Below the pieces are notes generated by a model. It was not told where the DNA came from, made no database searches, and worked only from the letters and a program-made list of their open reading frames with translations. The position numbers and the translations under genes are program-made. Positions 18,794 to 29,177 of a stretch of 64,000 bases of DNA are shown in pieces. The stretch spans positions 45,929-109,928 of the forward strand of contig JAKAON010000001.1 in assembly GCA_021812185.1 (NCBI GenBank), given 5' to 3'. This DNA is from Candidatus Micrarchaeota archaeon. GTDB lineage: Archaea; Micrarchaeota; Micrarchaeia; Micrarchaeales; CABMGC01. Every line of letters begins with the position of its first letter. Within the stretch, counting starts at the first letter, position 1.

Positions 18794-20596
18794 CTAATTT
18801 TTGTAGTTGAGCATCTGATAGTACCCAAAGGAGTAGTTCTGCCCAGATTGAGTGTAATTTTGCACTACAAGAGGCTTGAGGCGATAGTTAGTGGTGTACC
18901 CAGAACATTTGCTGCTGATTTCAGGAGGCACATTGCACCAATATCCAACATCCATTACAAAACACCTGAAATTGCTTGCAAACTTAGTGAAGTTCGGATC
19001 GCTAGAGCCCAGCATGCCTATTTGGGCTGAACTTATATTTTGTTCAATCCACATGTCAGGAGTGTAGCTAAAGACAAGGCAGTTTGCCGGCACCTTGCTG
19101 TAGTTGGAATAGAAGAAAGACATTGCATTGAGTATTACGGTTTGCTGAGGTTGCTGTGATGGAGTAATTGCCAATTCATTAAAGCTTGCGGCGAAGGGCA
19201 GTATTAGTAGTGCGATTATGATAATTGAGTATGTGAGGTATGAGAGCACAAGCTTTGGCTTTTCCAATTTCCATTTTATTCCACTGATTGTTTTTGGCAG
19301 CAACCGAAATATGTTGCTTGCCTCTGATATGCACACTCCTGCAAGCAAGGCAATCGGAGGCATGATTTCGAGCATGAACCTAACGTCCACCCCATATGTC
19401 ACTGCCCCGGCATAGAAGAAATCGTAGAATATATGGTAGACTAGTATCCAAGATATTGCAATTAGCATCACGTTGTACATCTCGTTCTTCCTGAATATCG
19501 AATATATGATAAGCACCAATAAACCAACCAATGCAAGGGCAGTGGTAGCTTGCGGAAACATCACAGGGTAGAATCCCACCGTGTTGAAAGTACCTGCAAA
19601 GTAACATATGTTTGGTCCGAACGCATGCCCGAATAAGGTGCACGTGCCATAACCGTTTACCCCAAATACACTGGCGTTGAATATCGACAGCGAGAATAAG
19701 CCGCTTGATGATTGGCCGAACTGAGGATTTGAAAGTTGGTATGATATGAAGTATGCTTCAGGGGCTATTGCGAGCAGGAAGACCAGCAAGACGAGCATGA
19801 AACCCATTTCGCGATCGAACTTCTTTATTATATCCTCTGCTCTTCTCAACAATCCTTGATTGTTACTGTCATCGCTCATGAATAGGTACAAGAATCCGAA
19901 TATGGCTATGAGCAGCACCCCTTCAAGGCGCATGTACATAGTTATTGCAAGCGAAGAAAGGAATGCAGATAGAGTGTATGCGTTCTTCTTTTCCCTGAAT
20001 ATCAGGAAGAAAAAGAATGTTATGATTGTGAATAACATAAATATTAAGTTAGGAACTGCCTGGGTTCTTGACCAGATAAAAAGTTCTGGCAATAGCGCGA
20101 ATGCTAGTGTCGAAGCCACTGCTGCCTTTTTGTCGCGGAATGCAATAGAGGCTAGGAGAAACATGAATATTATCGACAGCAATCCTATTGCAAGCTCCAT
20201 GTTGTACGCAGTACCTATACCGACTCCGAAGAGGGCGAATGCCACAGCAAGGAAGAAAGATATCCCCGCAGGATCATGATATATTTGGCTGTTTGGGCAA
20301 TTGATTGCATATCCGCTGCTATACTGGCACCACACCGCATTCCCGTTATGGAGTATGTTGAGAGCTATTCCCTGGTATATGTTCTCGTCGAAATATAACT
20401 CTTCCACAGGATGAATGTATAGTATTGAGAAGGACACAAAGAATATTGCTATTAGGAGCAAGGCCGCAAGAGATTGCTTATTTATCCTTCCTTTGAGAGA
20501 GCTTGCGATTAAATCGGATGATTTGACCACAGAGTATAATAAGAGTATCAGCATCCCTGCGAGCGCGATTGTGACTGCATATCCGAACAAGAGCAT
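18794..20596 (-). CDS. GT-C fold (PMT/ArnT-like) membrane glycosyltransferase
   Basis: Polytopic; YFDENIY acidic motif in the first loop, HDPAG, RFMLEIMPP. Confidence 0.75.
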   Translation of the reverse strand: MLLFGYAVTIALAGMLILLLYSVVKSSDLIASSLKGRINKQSLAALLLIAIFFVSFSILYIHPVEELYFDENIYQGIALNILHNGNAVWCQYSSGYAINCPNSQIYHDPAGISFFLAVAFALFGVGIGTAYNMELAIGLLSIIFMFLLASIAFRDKKAAVASTLAFALLPELFIWSRTQAVPNLIFMLFTIITFFFFLIFREKKNAYTLSAFLSSLAITMYMRLEGVLLIAIFGFLYLFMSDDSNNQGLLRRAEDIIKKFDREMGFMLVLLVFLLAIAPEAYFISYQLSNPQFGQSSSGLFSLSIFNASVFGVNGYGTCTLFGHAFGPNICYFAGTFNTVGFYPVMFPQATTALALVGLLVLIIYSIFRKNEMYNVMLIAISWILVYHIFYDFFYAGAVTYGVDVRFMLEIMPPIALLAGVCISEASNIFRLLPKTISGIKWKLEKPKLVLSYLTYSIIIIALLILPFAASFNELAITPSQQPQQTVILNAMSFFYSNYSKVPANCLVFSYTPDMWIEQNISSAQIGMLGSSDPNFTKFASNFRCFVMDVGYWCNVPPEISSKCSGYTTNYRLKPLVVQNYTQSGQNYSFGYYQMLNYKN

Positions 20597-20599
20597 TTG

Positions 20600-22294
20600 C
20601 TACACCTTTTTCTCAACGAAGAAATCCCCCAGGAACATGTATCTCGTGTTGGTACTCTTCATAGTCGTTATTGCATCTTGAGGGGTCATCACAATCGGCA
20701 AGCCGTGTATGTTGAAGCTGGTGTTGAGGACCACACCGTATCCTGTTCTCTTCTTTACGCCACTTAACATATTCCTATATCTTGGATTTTCATCGCCGAC
20801 CATTTGGGGCCTTGCAGTCATATCCACATGCACAACAGACTTCATGACATCGGCCTTCTCCTTTCTGACCCTGTATGCCATCGTCATGAACTTATTGAAT
20901 TCGCCTACGTCCTCCAAAAGCACATTAGCTTCCTCCTCGAGCATCGACGGGGCGAAGGGTTGGAACCACTCTCTTTGTTTTACATGCAAATTAAGCCTCT
21001 CCTTTACGTCATCGGAACCTGCTTTTGCGACTATGCTCCTATTGCCAAGTGCCCTAGGCCCATACTCCATGCGGCCTTGGAACCAGAACACATAGTTGTT
21101 CTTTGACACTAATTCAGCAGCATGCCCTTCTACGCTCCTACCTTCATCCTCGAATTTTAATCCCTTCTCCTTTCTCAATGCATTGCGTATCTCTTCATTG
21201 CTGTAATTCTCGCCAAGATATGCGTTGAAATCGTAATGTATGATGTCATTTAGCATGTAGTTTGCGTGCATCGCTGCGCCAAGTGCTATGCCGCCATCCC
21301 CCATATGTGGGAATATGAATACCTTTTCAATGCCGTCTATCTCTCTTATCTTCATGTTGGCCTTGACATTTGACATTATTCCACCAGCCAACGAGAAATC
21401 CCTTATCCCGTATTCAGAATATATGTTGTTGAAGAACTTTTGCAATGTGACTTCGAGAACTTGCTGGGCCATGTATGCAAATTGCTCCTTTGGAGTACTC
21501 CAGGCTATTCTCTCAAGCATGTCGTATTGTGATATTGGCCCGTATTTAGCCGCGATTTTTGTGCCGTCCACACTGAAGAAATCCTTGAGTTTATTCTTCT
21601 CGAACCCAAATGGGTATGAAAAGTCTGCCATTGCCATAATCTTGCCTTCGTCCTCAAGTTCACGCATGCCAAGAATGTTGGTAACCTGTTCATAGAATAT
21701 GCCAAGTGAATCCCTTGCAGCTATTGGAAATTCGCGTTTGAGTTCGCCTCGTTTGAAAGTGCTTACTGATCCGCTGTTTCCATCACCGACCCCATCAATT
21801 GTGACTACCATGGATTTTTTGTAACCTGAAGTGAATGCTGCGCTTGAAGCGTGGGCAGTGTGATGGTCCACGCTATATAGATGGAAGTTTGAAAATCCCA
21901 TATTGCTAAGCTCTTTGCGTATAGCATACTTGCTAAGTGCATCGCATAGAGGAAGCACGCCTATCGAGGTCATGGCGTATTTGGTGTAGTGCATTAGATG
22001 CTCAAACCTCGGCTTTAGCATCTTCCTTCTCCTGAACTGGTAATATTTCTCCTTCTGCATGGGGAATATCCTTGAGATTGTCTTGGTTAGCTCGGTTGTT
22101 GGAAATGCAACGATTTCGACGTCGCTTGGCTTTATGCCTTCGTATTTGAGTGCTGCATTTATGGAGTTGTATGGGAATTTGACCTCAAGTTTACGTTTTG
22201 TGAACCTCTCCTCGTTAGCTGCATATATTATCCTGTCCCCGTCAAGCAATGCAGCCCCCGAATCATGCCCATCCCAAATACCAAGAATATACAT
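20600..22294 (-). CDS. NodU/CmcH/TobZ family O-carbamoyltransferase
   Basis: GHDSGAAL, EERFTKRK, HHTAHA, EGKIMAMA, GDGGIALGAA, GPRALGNRS, FQPFAPS, LNTSFN. Confidence 0.95.
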   Translation of the reverse strand: MYILGIWDGHDSGAALLDGDRIIYAANEERFTKRKLEVKFPYNSINAALKYEGIKPSDVEIVAFPTTELTKTISRIFPMQKEKYYQFRRRKMLKPRFEHLMHYTKYAMTSIGVLPLCDALSKYAIRKELSNMGFSNFHLYSVDHHTAHASSAAFTSGYKKSMVVTIDGVGDGNSGSVSTFKRGELKREFPIAARDSLGIFYEQVTNILGMRELEDEGKIMAMADFSYPFGFEKNKLKDFFSVDGTKIAAKYGPISQYDMLERIAWSTPKEQFAYMAQQVLEVTLQKFFNNIYSEYGIRDFSLAGGIMSNVKANMKIREIDGIEKVFIFPHMGDGGIALGAAMHANYMLNDIIHYDFNAYLGENYSNEEIRNALRKEKGLKFEDEGRSVEGHAAELVSKNNYVFWFQGRMEYGPRALGNRSIVAKAGSDDVKERLNLHVKQREWFQPFAPSMLEEEANVLLEDVGEFNKFMTMAYRVRKEKADVMKSVVHVDMTARPQMVGDENPRYRNMLSGVKKRTGYGVVLNTSFNIHGLPIVMTPQDAITTMKSTNTRYMFLGDFFVEKKV

Positions 22295-22409
22295 AGAATC
22301 CTTTAAAAATTTTTAATTGCAGACAGTATATAATACCAATTATAGAGACTTGATAGAAATATATATTGGATAGCCAGAATAGATTATTGAAAAGTTGCAT
22401 GTTGGTTTT

Positions 22410-23099
22410 ATGAAAGCAGTAATACTTGCGGGTGGGCAGTCCAAGAGGCTTAGACCTCTTACAGACGACAAGCCAAAGACTATGGTGGAGATAGGGGGAA
22501 GGCCGATAATAGAGTGGCAGATAGATTGGCTTAAATCGCATGGAGTCACGTCTTTTGTAATACTTGCAAACTACAAGAGAGACGTATTGATAAACCATCT
22601 TGGGAGCGGGGAGAAATTTGGCATAAAGACCGCATTCGCGATAGAGGATGGTCCGCTTGGTACAGGAGGGGCGCTCAAGAATGCTGCCCACATACTGAGC
22701 TCAGATAAGGAATTCCTTATGGTAAATGGAGATGTGATATCCGATATTGATGTAGGGCATTTGAAGCTTGGCGCTAATGACGTCGCAGCGCTTTCACTTG
22801 TTCCGCTAAAAAGCCCATATGGAGTAATCCAAACTGACAATTCCAAGATAACAAGATTTGATGAGAAGCCTACGCTCAATGAGTTCTGGATAAATGCAGG
22901 GATATATCTAATGTCAAGTGAGATATTTGATTATCTGCCTGAAAAGGGAGATATGGAGAAGACAGCCTTCCCAGAACTTGCAAAGGAGAACAGGCTTGCA
23001 GGAATAAAATTTGATTCTGCATACTGGAGGTCGGTAGACACAGTCAAGGATGTTGAGGAAGTAGGCAAGGATCTCGAAGGGAGAAAACTGATAAAATAG
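22410..23099 (+). CDS. Sugar-phosphate nucleotidyltransferase
   Basis: AVILAGGQSKRLRPLTDDKPK, LGTGGAL, NGD, FDEKP, INAGIY. Confidence 0.92.
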   Translation: MKAVILAGGQSKRLRPLTDDKPKTMVEIGGRPIIEWQIDWLKSHGVTSFVILANYKRDVLINHLGSGEKFGIKTAFAIEDGPLGTGGALKNAAHILSSDKEFLMVNGDVISDIDVGHLKLGANDVAALSLVPLKSPYGVIQTDNSKITRFDEKPTLNEFWINAGIYLMSSEIFDYLPEKGDMEKTAFPELAKENRLAGIKFDSAYWRSVDTVKDVEEVGKDLEGRKLIK

Positions 23100-23151
23100 T
23101 TACGCAGCTTTTTGGCAGTTAATTATTTCTTTAGATTTTTACTTGACCTTT

Positions 23152-24225
23152 TTAAATGAGGCTTGTTACGTTTCCGACTAATGTTTGATATGCCTCGCAT
23201 GCCGTCCATGCGTCAGGTTCCTTACCTTCTTTTATCAGCTTTCTTACTTCCGCAGCCTCGGCATTGTTCCATAGATCGGCAAGAGAGTACTTTGTTTCTC
23301 TTATATTGCCTATTTTTCTGCCCCACATGATGGAAGGGTAGACATTCCCATAGCTGTCCATGAATAATGATGCGTCCAGGCTCTTGCTTTTCATGGGGAG
23401 TTTTCCGGTCTCAGAGTATTTAACCAGCTTCTTTAGGTATGCATTCTCTATTATGGGAATTGCGCCTAACTCGAATTCCCTATGTTTCAATAGCCATCTT
23501 ATGTCACTTGCAACTATTTCTTTTTGTGGTGAAATCTCCATCTCCTTGTTTGAGTAGTATATGTCAGAAACCTGGCCGACGTTCAAATGGAAATCGTTGT
23601 ATCTTATGTTTGGTATGTCGAGCTTTACGTTTTGATATACTTTCTCAAACTGGCCTTGGTTGAACTTGCTTATAGTATATCCAAATACAGTGAATAGGTT
23701 GCTGTGGGTCTTCTTGAGTTCTTGAAGACGTTTCCACATGTCTATGCATTTATCGTAGTTGCCAGGAACTCCCCTTATCATATCATGCAGTTCCCTGTCT
23801 CCGTCAAGGCTTACAGTAACGGAAAGCCTAGGTAACCCAGTATCCAATATTTCTTCTATCTTCCTTAGTACAACATCGTGATTTATGAGCGAGTTTGTAG
23901 GTATGGTCACTATGTAAAGATCCTTGCAATTTTCCTTGAACGCCTTGACTATTTCAACGACATCCCCCCTCATGAATGGCTCGCCCCCAGTTATCTCTAT
24001 CCACTTGAATTGGGAATTTGCCTTGGCGAATTCCTTTATCTCATCTAATGTAAGTTCGCCCTTCGGTCTAATTTGCCATATGTTGCAAGTAAGACACCTG
24101 GAATTGCACCAATAGCTAATTGAAAAGGTAAGTTTGTATGGCTTGCTTAGGCTAATGAAGTTGTTTTTGAGTGCGGTCATTCCGAGGCCGACAAACCTTG
24201 CAGTGCCACGATTATTTTGTGTCAT
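23152..24225 (-). CDS. Radical SAM protein with degenerate SPASM/twitch domain
   Basis: CNSRCLTC cluster motif, TGGEPF, SLDG..HDMIRG, DSYGNVYP..IGNI. Confidence 0.9.
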   Translation of the reverse strand: MTQNNRGTARFVGLGMTALKNNFISLSKPYKLTFSISYWCNSRCLTCNIWQIRPKGELTLDEIKEFAKANSQFKWIEITGGEPFMRGDVVEIVKAFKENCKDLYIVTIPTNSLINHDVVLRKIEEILDTGLPRLSVTVSLDGDRELHDMIRGVPGNYDKCIDMWKRLQELKKTHSNLFTVFGYTISKFNQGQFEKVYQNVKLDIPNIRYNDFHLNVGQVSDIYYSNKEMEISPQKEIVASDIRWLLKHREFELGAIPIIENAYLKKLVKYSETGKLPMKSKSLDASLFMDSYGNVYPSIMWGRKIGNIRETKYSLADLWNNAEAAEVRKLIKEGKEPDAWTACEAYQTLVGNVTSLI

Positions 24226-24340
24226 TTTGGTTCACATTGTTATAATATATTAGAATGCCCGTAGTGGATATACATTTAATTGTATCTAAATCGTATTAAT
24301 AGTTTTGTTTGCATTAACTTTCATAGAGTTTTGCATATTT

Positions 24341-24412
24341 GCTCCAGTAGCTCAGTGGTAGAGCGCCTGCATGGTAAGCAGAAGGTCGCGAGTTCGACTC
24401 TCGTCTGGGGCT
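24341..24412 (+). tRNA. tRNA-Thr(GGT)
   Basis: Cloverleaf: GCTCCAG/CTGGGGC acceptor, GCTC/GAGC D stem, anticodon loop ATGGTAA, GCGAG-TTCGACT-CTCGT T arm; CCA not encoded. Confidence 0.95.
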
Positions 24413-24602
24413 TAATCTACTTTTTACGCCGTATATTTTATCAAATCTGCTTGAAGTTTAATCGCTTTGAGCGATTTTTATCAGATGAGCATATAAAAAT
24501 AATCAATAAATAATAACTTTTTTAATTTAAATTATTAAGTTTTATGGCGACAAAAGTATATATTAGTATGAGTTAAATTAAATCTAATTGTAGGTTCTAA
24601 AA

Positions 24603-25241
24603 GTGATACAATATCTTCCTTTACTAATTGCTGCAGCGATTGTTGGAATATTGCACATGTCGGCACCAGATCATTGGTTAACTCTCGCAATGTTAGGCAG
24701 ATCACAGAAATGGAAACATGATAGATTGTTTAAAACATCGATTATAACAGGAATTGGTCATGTCACACTGTCGTTATTTTTGGGATTTACTATAGTTGGA
24801 TTAGGGTTGCTTGTTTCAAATTCAACTCTTAAAGACATAACATACATTATAGGATTGATTATGTTAGTATCGGGGACGTTATACGCTGCTAGGGCATTGC
24901 AAAATAATGAGAAATTTGACTATTCGGAGCACACAAATGAAACGCTAAAGAAAAATGCCAGTTATCTTGCGATTCTTGGAGCAGCACTTTCTCCAGACTT
25001 ATCCGTATTACCAATATTTTTAATAGCAATTCCAATCGGACTTGGTTTCATGATAGAATTGGCGATTGTTTTTACAGTTTGTTCACTTATAACTCTGATA
25101 ATTTTTGTGTATCTTGGTCACTTACTAATAGAACATTCCAGATTTGCTAAGAAATTCGAGAAATTGCACCCCAAGTACAATGATGCTTTAGTAGGTATTG
25201 TAATAGCAATAGTCGGTATCTATGTGATCGTTTTTGGATAA
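24603..25241 (+). CDS. Nickel/cobalt transporter-like (RcnA/HoxN/UreH superfamily) membrane protein
   Basis: GILHMSAPDHW (HxxxPDH) and GIGHV motifs; about 6 TM helices. Confidence 0.7.
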   Translation: MIQYLPLLIAAAIVGILHMSAPDHWLTLAMLGRSQKWKHDRLFKTSIITGIGHVTLSLFLGFTIVGLGLLVSNSTLKDITYIIGLIMLVSGTLYAARALQNNEKFDYSEHTNETLKKNASYLAILGAALSPDLSVLPIFLIAIPIGLGFMIELAIVFTVCSLITLIIFVYLGHLLIEHSRFAKKFEKLHPKYNDALVGIVIAIVGIYVIVFG

Positions 25242-25372
25242 ACATAAAAATGGTCGAAAACCATTATTCCCCATATAAATAGTGATGGCGAAAGTTTATC
25301 CTTGTGTCGTTTTTAATTCTGAGGATATGTTTTCTGACGATATTCTTGTAAAATGATATGAACGTGATATGT

Positions 25373-25933
25373 TTATAGTTCAAGTTTGTTTTTTAACGCA
25401 TTAATTTTTTCTGTGTTTTCGATAATTTGGGAGAATGCCATGCCAAATCGTTCTTTGTTTGAATAAAGATTTTTTACAAAAGTATCAAAATCTACTTCTT
25501 CGATTGCTATTTCCTCTCCGCCATCTAACTTCGGCTCGGAAACCTTAGTGCAATTCCTTGCAACATATAGGTAGGTGTAGAAATCTATGCGGGGATAGTT
25601 AAGGACATCAAAAGCATAGAGCTCCTCCCAAGTATCAGATCGAACTCCTGTTTCTTCAAGCAATTCTCTTTTTGCTGCGTCCAGAGGAAGTTCATTCTCC
25701 TCAATTCCCCCACCTGGCATAGTGTAATATGTTTTTTGCTCTCCAGGTCTTTTTTCTTTTGTCATTATTATTTTTCCTTGGTGAATAGCGATTATTTTTA
25801 CCCCATTTTTCCTGTGCTTCAAACCTTCGAAAGTAGCAGTTGTTCCATCGAACATTTTTTGAGGCCATTGATAGACTTCCCAAATTTCTCCCTTAAACGT
25901 CAACTTTGCATTTTCAGGCAGTTTTGATTTCAT
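25373..25933 (-). CDS. Nudix hydrolase
   Basis: Nudix box GGGIEENELPLDAAKRELLEETG. Confidence 0.92.
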   Translation of the reverse strand: MKSKLPENAKLTFKGEIWEVYQWPQKMFDGTTATFEGLKHRKNGVKIIAIHQGKIIMTKEKRPGEQKTYYTMPGGGIEENELPLDAAKRELLEETGVRSDTWEELYAFDVLNYPRIDFYTYLYVARNCTKVSEPKLDGGEEIAIEEVDFDTFVKNLYSNKERFGMAFSQIIENTEKINALKNKLEL

Positions 25934-26151
25934 TTTTATTACCTAAGCTTCGATAGCTAAATTAGAATATTGGTTTTTATATAGAGATAGTATCTGACGG
26001 GTTTTGGTTCGTTGTTGCTAAGTTCTTGATAAGTCTTTTGATGATTGCACCTACCTGTACACAAGAGTTATAAACCAAATATTATCCATCTTATAGCGTC
26101 TGGACGTCATTAATTTTGGCTGGACCAAGTTTTCAATTTTGAGATGGAGAT

Positions 26152-27216
26152 ATGGTTAAAAAGACCGCTAACGCGCATACCGATGCTGATATCATACATG
26201 GAGATAACGAACGTATAAATGCGCCACCTAGCTTAATTGACCTGTTCAAAAGTTCTCTTAGAGTTATGAAACCACTTGCATTGTCTGGCATACTGCTTTT
26301 GAATCCAGGAACTTTTGCAGCATCTTCGCATGCAGATCTTATATCGACCAACGCAACTACTGCAAATTTACAGATGATTGAAAGAGCATCTAATCCGGAA
26401 TTCGTTTCCAATACAATTCAGAGTAGATCGACTCGCACGCAAAACTGGGCAGGTTACATTGCATCGAATGGAATAAATGATCCGAAGGCAGGCGTAACAT
26501 ACGTAGCAGGAACGTGGGAAGTTCCAGTATTGTGGAACCAATGCGGATGGCAAGATACGTACCATCCAGCCAGATATTCTTTTGCGTGGTCGTCTCAGTG
26601 GATAGGCATAGGCGGACACTTTAAGGGAGACCATTCGCTAATCCAAATAGGGGTACAATCCAATTTCTACTTTGGCAAGAAGTCATACACGCTATTTTAC
26701 CAGACACGGGGCGATAAAGGCAGGTCGATAGACGTTAATGATTTCCACATAAAACCAAAGGACATAGTGCACGCACAAATACAGTTATTGGACAATAAGA
26801 AGAACACTTGGAAATTATCTATGGAGAACTTAACTGAAAAGACAAAACCGTTTTCTATAATCATAAATTACGACTCGAAAAGATTATCTGCAGAATGGAT
26901 TGAGGAAAGGCCTATAGGCCAAATTTTCGGGCAATGGTATCAGACTCCTCTGCCGGGATTCAATGCGATCAGATTCCTAGACCTAAGCACAAAAGATTCT
27001 AATTATGCAACTATAGGCAAAGTGAGCGGAGGAATATCCAAATTCGACGTAGAAAGAGTGACGTTGTGGGAAGTTGAAGATGGGACAAACATTGCACACG
27101 AATCAGCGATTCCTTCGAAGATCAGTCCTAATGGCAGGGCATTTTCTATATACAAATTGGATTGTTCATTGCCAGATCCAAAAGAAGTCGTTGTTCCATA
27201 TAAGAACAAATCTTGA
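26152..27216 (+). CDS. G1 family glutamic endopeptidase (eqolisin-like), secreted
   Basis: NWAGY, WIGIGG, LIQIG (catalytic Q), SAEWIEERP (catalytic E). Confidence 0.88.
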   Translation: MVKKTANAHTDADIIHGDNERINAPPSLIDLFKSSLRVMKPLALSGILLLNPGTFAASSHADLISTNATTANLQMIERASNPEFVSNTIQSRSTRTQNWAGYIASNGINDPKAGVTYVAGTWEVPVLWNQCGWQDTYHPARYSFAWSSQWIGIGGHFKGDHSLIQIGVQSNFYFGKKSYTLFYQTRGDKGRSIDVNDFHIKPKDIVHAQIQLLDNKKNTWKLSMENLTEKTKPFSIIINYDSKRLSAEWIEERPIGQIFGQWYQTPLPGFNAIRFLDLSTKDSNYATIGKVSGGISKFDVERVTLWEVEDGTNIAHESAIPSKISPNGRAFSIYKLDCSLPDPKEVVVPYKNKS

Positions 27217-27229
27217 TATTCGGAGATTA

Positions 27230-28228
27230 TTATATCTGTGAAACAAACGGATTGCAAACATCATATTTTACATCAAACATCCCTTCCTTGTTGATTTTTG
27301 ATGCAGTAGCTATTTTATGCACACTGCGTTTCCCTTCTCCAGCATACATATCTATAGAATAGGTATCAAATGCCGATATTCTTCCAGAGGTTTTGCCCAC
27401 AGTGGCATAGTTCCCTATCGTCTCGTTGATGTTAACAAAATTGACTTTGCTGAATTTTGGAAGATAGTCTACCCCCCATACGCCGGTTGCCCTTTCAACC
27501 ACCCAATCTGCACTTAGCCTCGAGGCATTGTAGTAAACCTCTTTTGTATAAATAGGTTTACCTGAAGTCAGATCTTGAAACTTCAAATTCCACATGTCGG
27601 TTGTCCCTTTAACCAAGCTCACATTTGCGTATATCAAATCGCCTGGCTTAATGGATATAGGTATATTTTGCATATATGGAAAGAGTTCGTACCACGCAAC
27701 GTATCTGACAACGCCATCATCGACCCTCTCCTTAGTGCCTATTTGGATCAGGGTGTTATCTTTATTCACATATCCCCCTATACCAACCCAGGTGTACATC
27801 ACATATGTGTCTTGTGCATCAAAAGCGCCGCTAGAATCGCCAGTACAACCATACTGCACTTTAGGCACATACCATGCACCTGAAACCGAAGTTACTGCAG
27901 GCTCTGGCTTGGCGGCATTTGATATTGCGATTATGCCAGCCCAATTGGTTGACGTCTTCCTCAAATTAGTATGATCCGAACTTGCAGTTTGCGCAATGAG
28001 TGATTGGGGTTTAACTTGAGGTGTTTGGGCATAAATGCTTGAGGCTGTTGTGGAAATCGCGAGTGTGATAGATAGCGCAAGAGCAGTTGTTTTGGCCTTT
28101 GAAGCTGCCTTTTTATAAAAACCTCTAAGTAGCTCAGAAAAAATGTTAGGATTTGAGCCAGCCAATACAGGCATATCTTTGGCCCCCGAGTTTATATCAT
28201 TCTTAGAATGATCCTGTAGAATTTTCAT
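27230..28228 (-). CDS. G1 family glutamic endopeptidase (eqolisin-like), secreted
   Basis: STNWAG, WVGIGG, LIQIGT, AWYELFP, SADWVVER. Confidence 0.9.
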   Translation of the reverse strand: MKILQDHSKNDINSGAKDMPVLAGSNPNIFSELLRGFYKKAASKAKTTALALSITLAISTTASSIYAQTPQVKPQSLIAQTASSDHTNLRKTSTNWAGIIAISNAAKPEPAVTSVSGAWYVPKVQYGCTGDSSGAFDAQDTYVMYTWVGIGGYVNKDNTLIQIGTKERVDDGVVRYVAWYELFPYMQNIPISIKPGDLIYANVSLVKGTTDMWNLKFQDLTSGKPIYTKEVYYNASRLSADWVVERATGVWGVDYLPKFSKVNFVNINETIGNYATVGKTSGRISAFDTYSIDMYAGEGKRSVHKIATASKINKEGMFDVKYDVCNPFVSQI

Positions 28229-28327
28229 TGAATATCTATTGGGTAATGCAATAGCATGGGATTTAAGCTTACTGTGTTAATTGAGAGGCGATATGTGAAA
28301 CTAATATTAAAGTAATTTTGGCGCATG

Positions 28328-29173
28328 TTAGTTAGCTCCGAAATTTCGGACGCTAGGATAGATGAATCTCACTATCAGATATAATGCGAATACTATACTT
28401 GTTATAAAGAAACTCACAGGATAAGGCTCGTAAAATGATATGAATATGCCTATCCATGTTGACAGGAGAGCTATTAGCACGGATAGTGTTACGGCAAAGA
28501 CAGGTTTGGACGTAAGCCGGATTGCAATTGCGGCTGGTGTGACCATGAGCGCGAATATAAGGAGTACACCGACAACTTGAACTGCTATTGATACCGATGC
28601 TGCGAGCAGTATCATGAATATTATTCCTAATTTAAGCGTGCGCATTCCCTTAGCTTCTGCGACTTCTTCGTCTAAAGATGCAAATAGGAGGGGTCTATAC
28701 ACGATGGCTGCAACTGCCATAATTATAAAACTGACCACTAGTGTCAACAACACATCGCCACTGCTTATTCCCAGTATCTCCCCAAACAGTATCGAATACG
28801 CTTCAGTTGCATATCCCGTATATAGGCTTATGAATAACACACCGAGGCCCAAAGTGAATGCAAGTATTGTCCCTATTTCCACATCGCGCTGCGTGGCGCG
28901 ATTCCCAAGCACAGCTATACCTACGCCGCTTAGCATAGAGAATGTTAGAAGGCCCAGTACCGGGCTAACTCCAATAAGTACTGCTCCGGCTGCTCCTGCA
29001 AATCCTATTTCGGCAAAAGCATGAGCGGCAAAGGATGATTTTCGCAGTACTACAAGATACCCCATTATGCCTGCGACTATAGCAACTACAGTACCCGCTT
29101 CGAATGCGTGCTGCATGAACTGATAGTGAAGCATCGTTTGAAAAGCGGATATTATGTCGATTGAAAGTAACAT
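28328..29173 (-). CDS. Zn/Mn ABC transporter permease
   Basis: FMQHAF, AAHAFAEIGFAGAA, LFASLDEEVAEAKG, VGVLLIFALMVTPA. Confidence 0.9.
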   Translation of the reverse strand: MLLSIDIISAFQTMLHYQFMQHAFEAGTVVAIVAGIMGYLVVLRKSSFAAHAFAEIGFAGAAGAVLIGVSPVLGLLTFSMLSGVGIAVLGNRATQRDVEIGTILAFTLGLGVLFISLYTGYATEAYSILFGEILGISSGDVLLTLVVSFIIMAVAAIVYRPLLFASLDEEVAEAKGMRTLKLGIIFMILLAASVSIAVQVVGVLLIFALMVTPAAIAIRLTSKPVFAVTLSVLIALLSTWIGIFISFYEPYPVSFFITSIVFALYLIVRFIYPSVRNFGAN

Positions 29174-29177
29174 GTTA

